This document shows positions 54,734 through 64,000 of a stretch of 64,000 nucleotides of DNA, in pieces (the first letter of the stretch is position 1; each line of letters begins with the position of its first letter). The stretch covers positions 103,292,001 to 103,356,000 of the forward strand of contig OX597819.1 in NCBI GenBank assembly GCA_951406725.2, written 5' to 3'. The notes under the pieces are model-generated. The model ran no database searches, was not told where the DNA came from, and saw nothing but the letters and a program-made list of their open reading frames with translations. This DNA comes from Octopus vulgaris. Taxonomy: Eukaryota. Made by a program: the position numbers and the translations under genes.

Positions 54734-55170
54734 ATAATAATAATAATGGAAGTCTGTCGGGGTTCGACAATGATGTCAGGGACGACGGAGGTGGGAGCTT
54801 TTCCTCGAACAGCCTAACACCCTTTTGGACAGCTGGACGCCAGGCGCCGCAGTCAGAGGCAAGTGATTCCCAACCATGAGCTGAAATGCCGCAGGCCTCA
54901 AGGGAAGCCTTCAGGCTGTCCTTGCATCGCCTCAGTGACCTTCCAGGGTTTCTTGCTCCAGACACCATTTCAGAGAAGATCATCTTTTGTAGACGCGCGT
55001 CTTCCATTCGGACTACATGTCCGACCCACCGTAGCTGGGCCTTCATGATGAGGGTTTCGATCCTGGGCATTTAGGTTCTGCGAAGCACCTCAGTGTTCAA
55101 GACTCTGTCCACCCAGAAAATTCCCATGATTCGTCGCAAGCAGTGGAGATAGAACTGGTCGAATTGTTTC
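54734..55170 (-). mobile_element. RTE-clade LINE 3' end (post-RT domain, tail)
   Basis: CLRRIMGIFWVDRVLNTEVLRR..QLRWVGHVVRMEDARLQKMIFSE..GRSLRRCKDSLK..WESLASDCGAWR is the RTE/BovB C-terminal pattern; 3' stem-loop TGTCG-AACCC-CGACA and (TTA)n tail. Confidence 0.9.
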
Positions 55171-56593
55171 ATATATACAAATTGTTTCATATATACAATG
55201 ATGCTAAATGCATTTCTACTAGGTTTCTTCGTATGTTGAAGCGCCTATATTTCTCTAGATTCTTTAGTAGCTCCTCCAAATTATTATTAAACTCAGAGGC
55301 CCCAGGATGATGTGGTTTCTCTCTGTGGAAGACAGCTGTCTTCCGGCATGCCTATCGTCTGGTCTCATACGTTTTTGCTTCCTTCTTTTATTACTTTTCT
55401 TAAAAGTTACCCAATTTCTTCCGGACTCCAACTCCTACTATCTACTGTATCAATACGCTAGCGGTCCCAGTTATAAGTTGCAGTTACAATATTCTTAACA
55501 CTAAAAAAAATAGCCAAACTAGACAGGAAAGCAAGTAAAGTAAAAAAAGAATTTAGAATACACTACCTTATGGAAAAGTTGTATTCATATGGAATTGAAG
55601 GTGGTACAAACCTACTATAAATTATCCACCATAGGACTATTGAAATATCTAAGTCAGAACCAACGAAAATTGATACAAATAGCCGAAAACCTTGAAAATA
55701 AAATAACATTTAAAAAGTTTGTCTTCAAAGAAGCCGAAAAATACAAAGAAAAAGTTGGTAATAATTGACAAATATGGAGACGAAGAAGAAGCATCCAAAT
55801 CTGTTTTCTCTGACAATTTACAACGTTCAGAGCAGCGGAATCGGTATTAGCTACCCTGGTCTTTATTTCGGGAACAGTTTCGTCGAAGCCCTTTTCAGAA
55901 ACAATTTCATTTCTTCGATGTTATCCACCTGAAGATACTGAGCAAACCTGACCCAGTGATTATAATAAGGATATGCTATATTGCAGTAGAAACCACATTC
56001 CATAATAAAGATTGTTTCCCAGGCACCCCGTTGCTAGATCATCGACTTGATCTGGTTAATACAAGTATCGATTGCAGTGTCGAACCCTTCGATTTTCTAT
56101 TTGTATGACATGATTTGTGATGGCACACCCCATCTATGCATATACTGCGACCCTGTTTCACAGTTCTAGCTGACAGCAATTGCCTATCTAAGCACGTAAT
56201 CACACTGAACTACGAAAAGTTATCTTTCATAGACCGATCGCAAGATTCGAAACATATCCGTTAGGTGGACTTTAATCTGATAACTGAAAAATACCATTGT
56301 TTATGGTGACTGTTCAGGGTGTAAAGAAGAGAATGATTATTAGTTTCACACGAAAAATATTTATAAACTTATAACAGTACGTATATATTTGGGTTATGTG
56401 GTATTCTATACGCATGGACAAACACATAAAAGAGAGGACATAAGAGAGTTGAGAGAGAGAGTGTGTGTGTATAGTTATATATACAATATGTGTGTGTGTG
56501 TGCATGTGTATATATAATTATATATTCACGCGTACACACGCGCGCACGCACACAGATGTATGCACACACACGCACAAACGCACACAGTCGCCC

Positions 56594-56633
<40 letters not shown>

Positions 56634-56898
56634 AACAGGCATATATATCTATATATATAAATGTACATACACATATGTTTAAATATATATATAGTCACAC
56701 AATCAGACACCAATAAATATGCTTTATACATACATGTATAAACATAAATACAAGAAAGTATATATATATACATTAAAAAAAAAAAAATATATATATATAT
56801 ATATATACATATATATGTATATATTACTTATATATGTATGCACTTATATATATATATACATGTATATATATATATATACACTTATATATGTATGCACT

Positions 56899-56929
<31 letters not shown>

Positions 56930-56940
56930 TTATATATATA

Positions 56941-56986
<46 letters not shown>

Positions 56987-57564
56987 TACATGAGACGTTC
57001 CTCAATTACGTCCGTATATCCCCACATACCGGCCGGTTCTTTTCCACTCTCACACATCAACAATCCGCTATCAAAATCATTACGCTGAAAAGCCACACTA
57101 ACAAAACTGCAACCATCACCGCCCCCCGCCCCCCACCAAATTTCTCAACATGAATTACGCGTTAGCGATGTTTGGTAAAAGAGTTAACAATTATTTCTGT
57201 CTCTGAAAGAACACTCTGCGGACTTCAAAAGTACGGCATGACGCAGGAATTTCTACGAACGATGATGAGGACGATCATTAAAAACTGACAGATGTTTGCA
57301 AACATGTCTATCACTCGGATTAGAGAGTCAAGAATTACATTAGATTCCGTTTCGCTGTGTCGATAAAAATATGATTTGCTTAATATATATATCACGATTC
57401 TTCGTCATCGAAAACGATCGTTTGTCGTAGGGTAGATGTCTTATCACCTAATTGCCTCGCAAGATATCTTGCATTATGTATGTATGTATGTATGTATGTA
57501 TGTATGTATGTATGTATGTATGTATGTAGGTATGTATGTATGTAGGTATGTATGCAAGCATGTA

Positions 57565-57610
<46 letters not shown>

Positions 57611-57693
57611 TATATATATATATGGATACATACATATATATGGACATATATATATGTATATGTACATATATATATTTTATATATATATGTATA

Positions 57694-57733
<40 letters not shown>

Positions 57734-57968
57734 TATATATACAATTATATATATATATACAATTATATATATATATATATATATATATATTACCATACAA
57801 AAAATGCTGAGAAGATAAGAAAATGTTCAAAGGTAAATTATATCAAAGAAATCGCTTTCTTAATGATGGAGAAATTGACCGTAGAAATGGCACTACCTGA
57901 CCAACAAAATTACATGCTCTGAAACCATCAAGAATCATAAGAAGGCTTTTTTCCGCTCTCTATCCCCA

Positions 57969-58005
<37 letters not shown>

Positions 58006-58191
58006 CTCTATCTCTCTCTCTCTATCTCTCTCTCTCTCTCTCTTTCCCTCTCTTTTATTGGTAATATGTTGGAGAATTGTACACTTGGACATGTTGGCAT
58101 ATCTCGGTTAGTGTAAGCTACATGTACGCGAAGGAACATATACATACACACATTAGATAAAGAAATCTATACACATACGCACTCACAGAAC

Positions 58192-58249
<58 letters not shown>

Positions 58250-58273
58250 TATCTATCTCTCTATACACACACC

Positions 58274-58309
<36 letters not shown>

Positions 58310-58312
<3 letters not shown>

Positions 58313-58660
58313 TTCTACTTTGTTATTTGTTACAGTCATTTGATTGCAGCCATGCTGGAGCATCGCCTATTGTCGAACAAATGAACTCCAGTACTTATTT
58401 TCTGTAAGCATAGTACTTATTCTAACGGTCGCATTTGCTGAACCGCTATATTATGGGGACTAACATCGGTTGTCAAGCGATGATGGGGCAGGGGTACAAA
58501 CACAGATACACACACACATATTTATAGCGGTTCAGCAAAATCAACTGATACAATAAGTACTATGCTTGCAATGAATAAGTCCTGGAGCTGATTTGTTCGA
58601 CTGTAGGCGGTGGTCCTGCATGGCCGCATTCAAATGACTGAGACAAATAAAAGAATAAAG
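58310..58660. mobile_element. two SINE family A 3' fragments in inverted orientation (about 58310-58520 minus, 58525-58660 plus)
   Basis: CAGTCATTTGATTGCAGCCATGCTGGAGC vs GCATGGCCGCATTCAAATGACTG. Confidence 0.8.
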
Positions 58661-58684
58661 GAACATATATTATACATACATACA

Positions 58685-58729
<45 letters not shown>

Positions 58730-58733
<4 letters not shown>

Positions 58734-59713
58734 GAAGGTTTGAAAATGCAATTTTAAAAGATCTTTATTCACTTGACCGGTTTGACATTTTTAGAAAAAG
58801 ATTGTCAAAAGTAACACGTAAACGCATTGCTACACACATGCGAACAAACATATACACACACTAGCGCACGCACAACACCCTAACAAATATTAACCACACA
58901 TATACACACACACACACAAACGTGCACACATACACATACACCATCCTACCAAATACTAAACACACACAGACACATTTACATAGACCACAATAAACCCTGG
59001 GACCAATAAAACACGACCCCCACACAAACACAAACACGTATATATATACACACACAGAGAGAGACACACACACACCATTCTGACCTCTAAAGACCCAACC
59101 CCATAACCACTCAATCGTGAAAGCGAAGCAAAAACCTCTTTTCAATTCCACATTGCTCTTCATTCCCCCCACCCAAACACACCTCCTAAACTGTCCCTTG
59201 AAATACAAAATAGTCTTTTACGATAAAATTGTGAAACAGGTCAGTTCATCCCAAATTCTTTGTAAACTAAATATATCTCTTTCTGCATATATATATATAT
59301 ATATATATATATACTACCAAAATATGACCTTTTTGAACTTATAATCTTCTGTGTATATACTTCAAACAAACATGATTTCGAATGAAATCCTAATTGGTTT
59401 TATGAACTTGTTAACAATTTCTCAAAAGATTTTTCTGTAAACTGTTTTTAGCATTTTCTTATTATTATCAAAGAATTTATATATGTATTGTAATTTTTGT
59501 GCCCAATATTTTAATGAAATTTTCCTGGTAAACTGTTTTGAACATGTTCTTATTATTATCAAAGAATGTATATATGTTATGTAATATTTTGTGACAACCA
59601 GTACCTATCACAACAAAGCTTTTACATGTTACTTTTGATAATCTTTTTCTAAAAAAGTGAAGCCGGTCAAGTGAATAAACATCTTTTAAAATTGCATTTT
59701 CAAACCTTTTTTC
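58730..59713 (+). mobile_element. 984-bp element with 96-bp inverted termini, each holding a hammerhead-like fold (Penelope inverted pLTR architecture)
   Basis: 58730-58825 vs 59618-59713 ungapped, 8 mismatches; flanked by TA tracts; internal tandem duplication of about 90 bp at 59431-59598. Confidence 0.7.
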
Positions 59714-60267
59714 TTATATAATTCCACTTGTGAGGTACCTTACAAGTTCACTTTGTTTGATATATATATATATATGAATTAACTCTGAAATTGGGACTAA
59801 TACGGTAATAACGGAATTTTTCAGAAATTTGTATCCGCTTGTTTCGAGACGCATAAATTATAATGGTTGTGGGCAATTTCTCTATTTTCGGGATATTTGG
59901 CATCAGAATTTTTCTTTTGCCCTTATTTTATAAGTTATTTATAAATTTAACATTTAAAGATATATTTTAACATGCTGGCCATTGATAAAATTTTTTTTAC
60001 AAAAAAATTTTATCCTACATTACATGTAAATTTAATAGTGTTCGCTTAGGGACTCTCTCACTCTGTGAAAGTTTCTAGTTCGAATCACACGTGTCTCGAG
60101 ATGGGCTGAAGATTTTCTATTTTGGATATGTTTGGGGTACTTAGGTCTGCTCAGGACTAAGTGCTTGCTTTTTTCATGAGTATGAGTAAGTATTTCATTT
60201 ATGTCTTACGTATTTATCGATGCGGAGGAGAAAATTCTTATGAATTAACTCTGAAATTAGGACCAAT

Positions 60268-60672
60268 TGCTATCAGTTAGGAGAAAAATGTGTTGAGAAA
60301 GGAATAGTTCATGGATTTAAAGTACATATAGCTGGCTCATAGGAATACAAAATATACACAGGAGCTTCGGAAAATTCTTTCAAGTCTAGGTTTTATTCCC
60401 ACCAAAATTATTTTCGATACCCCGAAAATAGGACAGCAGCAATCCTTGCAAAACCCGTCTGGCTATTGAAAGTAAATGATGTCCGTCCTGTCAAGATCAG
60501 CTGGACAATTTTGGAGAAAGCAGCACCATCTAAACATGGAGCATATAGACGACCAATAACATGCAATTGGTGACTATTTGAGGAACTTTTCATCCTGTTT
60601 CAGGATAAACATACATTGAACCAAAGAGGAGAGCTTTTAAATTCCTGCAGGTACGCTGCGAGGTTTAAAATA
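60268..60672 (+). mobile_element. Penelope-like element, GIY-YIG endonuclease remnant
   Basis: Single frame: CYQLGEKCVEKGIVHGFKV..*EYKIYTGASENSFKSRFYSHQNYF..LAKPVWLLK..ISWTILEKAAP..CNW*LFEELFIL..LNQRGELLNSCRY; two stops. Confidence 0.88.
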
Positions 60673-61291
60673 TCAACGGAAAAAATACCGTATGGGAGAT
60701 TTTTTGGCTTGTGGAAATCTCTTGACTTTCGCATTTGAATTTGGATTTTACACCTATAATATAGACTCCTTTTAGTATTACAACGCTGGTGCATATTTCA
60801 CCTTCATATTTTACATTCGACTTTCAAGAAAGCTTTCCACTGTTCTGCAAATTTAAATTTAAATTTTGCCGAGGTTAAATTTTTACTAATTTTTAATAAT
60901 TTTCATATTTAAATTTTAAATTTTAAATTTATATTTTTTTATTCATATTTTTCAAATTTATGTTACACTTAATTATACCAGATCAATTTTCTCATTTTAA
61001 TATTAAATACACCAGACAGCTTATATTATATTTGTATGCGTATATACGTTATGATGTACATTTGTATCTTGATGTGAATATATGTATGCAGATATATATA
61101 TATATATCTACGTATATGTTTATTTGTATATTTATATGTCTACATGTGTGCTACTATTGTATACATGTGTGTATTTACGTAGATATGCGTGTCTGTTTTA
61201 TATGCGTGCGTTTTTATATGTGTGCTTTTGAAAGCAGAAGTATCTAACATTTGCTAGATACGGTTTGGGAACACCAACTTCCAAATCATTA

Positions 61292-61322
<31 letters not shown>

Positions 61323-61499
61323 AACCTGTTTTCCTTATTTTTCTCTTTCTCTTTCTATTTTCTCTTTCATTTTTAAAAATTCTTTCTTTCAACTACTTCC
61401 TTTTCTTCTTTTTTTCCTTTTCTCTTTCTAGCTTGCAACAACTAAGTTGTAAGTTTAGAAATACGCACGGTGACCCATTATGTGTGTGTATATATATGT

Positions 61500-61672
61500 A
61501 CGTAGATACCTCTGTCTTCCCTTCTCTGGATCTTTCCTTCTCCTGTGTTTCCGACGAAGAGCTCCGCTCGAAACGTTAAACCCTCCTTCTTTCCTGAGCG
61601 TCCAATAATACTATATTTGTTCCAAGTCCTCGCGTTGTTGTGTCTTTTTTTTGTGCTTTCTTGTTTGGATTA

Positions 61673-61677
<5 letters not shown>
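61500..61677 (+). mobile_element. short Penelope-derived element, second subfamily
   Basis: Pyrimidine-rich body, hammerhead-like motif, shared TTCCTGAGCG-N5-TAATAC motif, ends at (TA)n. Confidence 0.65.
61547..61581 (+). ncRNA. minimal type I hammerhead ribozyme-like motif
   Basis: GTTT-CCGACGA-A-GAGC-TCC-GCTC-GAAA-CG-TT-AAAC: stem I GTTT/AAAC, core one change from CUGANGA, palindromic stem III. Confidence 0.6.
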
Positions 61678-61710
<33 letters not shown>

Positions 61711-61711
<1 letters not shown>

Positions 61712-62092
61712 TCTTTTACTTGTTTCAGTCATTTGACTGCGGTCATGCTGGAGCACCGCCTTTAATCGAGCAACTCGATCCCGGGACTTAATCTTTTGTA
61801 AGCCCAGTACTTATTCTATTGGTCTCTTTTGCCGAACCGTTAAGTAACGGGGACATAAACACACCAGCATCGGTTGTCAAGCAATGCTAGGGGGACAAAC
61901 ACACACACAAACACACACACGCATATATATATATACATATATACGACGGGCTTCTTTCAGTTTCCGTCTACCAAGGCTTTGGTCGGCCCGAGGCTATAGT
62001 AGAAGACACTTGCCCATGGTGCCACGCAGCGGGACTGAACCCGGAACCACGTGGTTGGCAAACAAGCTACTTACCACACAGCCACTCCTGCG
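61711..62092 (-). mobile_element. SINE family A, near full length
   Basis: Reverse complement of 51870-52280 with a small deletion. Confidence 0.93.
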
Positions 62093-62095
62093 ATT

Positions 62096-62149
<54 letters not shown>

Positions 62150-62682
62150 TACCTGTATTTGATTGTATATATATATGTCGGCATGTACCAACGTTTGTAT
62201 ATTTATTGTATATATCTATATGTCTTTTGGTATCTGCATGTTTAAGTAAATGTATATGTACTTTTAAGATCTTTGTTCATTATAATAGAATATTTCTATT
62301 TTTAACAGATATAAATTTAAATTTATGTTACCATTAATTTATTTATCCAGGGTATACAGGTATTTTTTCTTTCTAATAAAGCTAATTTTAGATTGACGGT
62401 TTTCTTCGATTTTAAATATGATTTTGAATCGAAATTTTAATTTTAATGTCATATAACCGATTATTGAAAAGACCGTTAGTTGAAAGAACCAATGAAATAA
62501 AATTATTATCAAATGTGTATCTATCAATATAATTGTATATTTATACATATAACTTTATTTTTTAAATATTTTTTGGTCTATTCTCAAACCAAACTGTCCG
62601 ACGAATGGTAATGTGAATCTCTGAGTAACGATTCTTGTGATGTCTTTGAAGCTTTATTAATAAAAAAAAAAAAAATATATAT

Positions 62683-62830
62683 AGTTGAATTTTACAGAAG
62701 AACAAAAGACGAATATAGGTGTATGAACAACAGACATTAGTATTAGTTTCACGCTCGGGAAAGTGAGAAAGTCTTTTACGTTTCGAACCTACGCTCTTCA
62801 ACAGAAAGGAGTTAGAGAAAATAAAGAGGG
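62683..62830 (-). mobile_element. short Penelope-derived element with hammerhead-like motif (62773-62808)
   Basis: Reverse strand CTTT-CTGTTGA-A-GAGC-GTAG-GTTC-GAAA-CG-TA-AAAG, then TTCCCGAGCGTGAAACTAATAC. Confidence 0.7.
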
Positions 62831-62940
62831 AGAACACAAAGAGAGAGAGAGAGAGGTACAGAGAGAGAGAGAGAAAGAGAGAAAGTAAAAGAGAGAATAT
62901 ATATATACATATATACATACACACACACACACACACACAT

Positions 62941-62987
<47 letters not shown>

Positions 62988-63748
62988 AAGTGAGACATAT
63001 ACATATACATAGACTTTGCTGATATAATAAAGTTTCAACATGTAGCACCTTCAATTCAGACACTTATTTCTCTCTCCTTTTTTTGTGTCCTCATTTCTTT
63101 ATGCAGAAAAGTTTAAGTGGCTTCTTCCATTTTACGTGCGTCAAAGTAATACACCTTGTTTGGTGTTCTTTCATCTGTCTGTATCTTTTATACATTTTTG
63201 TATATTTTTCCTATATATAATATATACATATATATCTATGTATACGCATGTGCGTGTGTGTCTACGAATACATACATACATACATACAAACATACATTCT
63301 TCTGCATATCTACTCAGAGGGCGCCTCAGGTATTAAAGAAGTTTGTAATTTAAGACAAAAATGATATTTATGAAGAAAAGCAATAAAGTTTAATAGAATT
63401 TAGTACACATATATGAGCATATATATTGGAAGAGGCTATTCAATAAAATCGCCATTAGACTCGATTACTGATACCATAAGACTTCTGACACAAATAAACA
63501 CATTGATCAGCTGACCCTTATTCATGATGTCCTTTCTAGAAGATATCAACCACTCCTTGATATTGTGCGATGCAATACTGTCTTCCTCTGAATGACGGCC
63601 AAGATTTAGTAGTCACTGCGGTTTAAATCAAGAGAGACAGGAGGCCAAATGCTAGGAGTAATATAAAATTTTGCTCATTCTCTACTGAATTGCATGGAAC
63701 GTTGCCTCTCTCACCTAGCATTCGGTGATTCTGACATGCTTTATATAT

Positions 63749-63964
63749 GTAAGTGAAGGACTGTTTCAACGAAGTCGTGTCGTGCCCTTACCTTCGAAAC
63801 GCGGAGTAGAGGAAGCAGTGGCAGCTGAAGAAGGGGAATATTCCTTGTGTTGTATGTCTTGTACTCTGTTTTTTCGTTGTTTGAAAAAAGTCCGTTTCCA
63901 TGGTTTTGATTTTGTTTTCGTTTCTCATTGTGTTCGACGTTTTTTTGTTTGGTGTCCTGTACCC
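63749..63964 (+). mobile_element. short element between TA tracts, probable Penelope 3' fragment
   Basis: T-rich 3' body, CTTACCTTC-GAAA-CGC-GGAGT resembles a hammerhead 3' half; TA-rich flanks. Confidence 0.4.
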
Positions 63965-64000
63965 ATATATACATGTATATATACATATAGATGTAGGTAT

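Overview
AT-rich eukaryotic non-coding DNA saturated with (TA)n, (CA)n, (TATG)n, (GATA)n and trinucleotide microsatellites. The SINE families and composition strongly resemble an Octopus (coleoid cephalopod) genome, inferred from recalled repeat sequences with no search run. I find no intact host protein-coding gene; almost all supplied ORFs are microsatellite or SINE read-throughs. Supported content: (1) 20+ copies of several tRNA-headed SINE families; (2) a full-length dead mariner with TIRs and TA TSD (18614-19840) plus a second mariner remnant; (3) an internally deleted CR1/L2-like LINE whose 3' tail matches the commonest SINE; (4) an RTE LINE 3' end; (5) two Helitron-like elements; (6) two clear Penelope GIY-YIG remnants; (7) a tRNA-iMet pseudogene; (8) several palindromes/fold-backs of 106, 263, 351 and 510 bp. 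The most interesting signal is a set of short Penelope-derived elements next to (TA)n tracts that carry minimal hammerhead-ribozyme-like folds, with covarying stems and a recurrent non-canonical CUGUNGA core. All alignments were by eye; boundaries of degenerate elements are approximate (about +/-20 bp).
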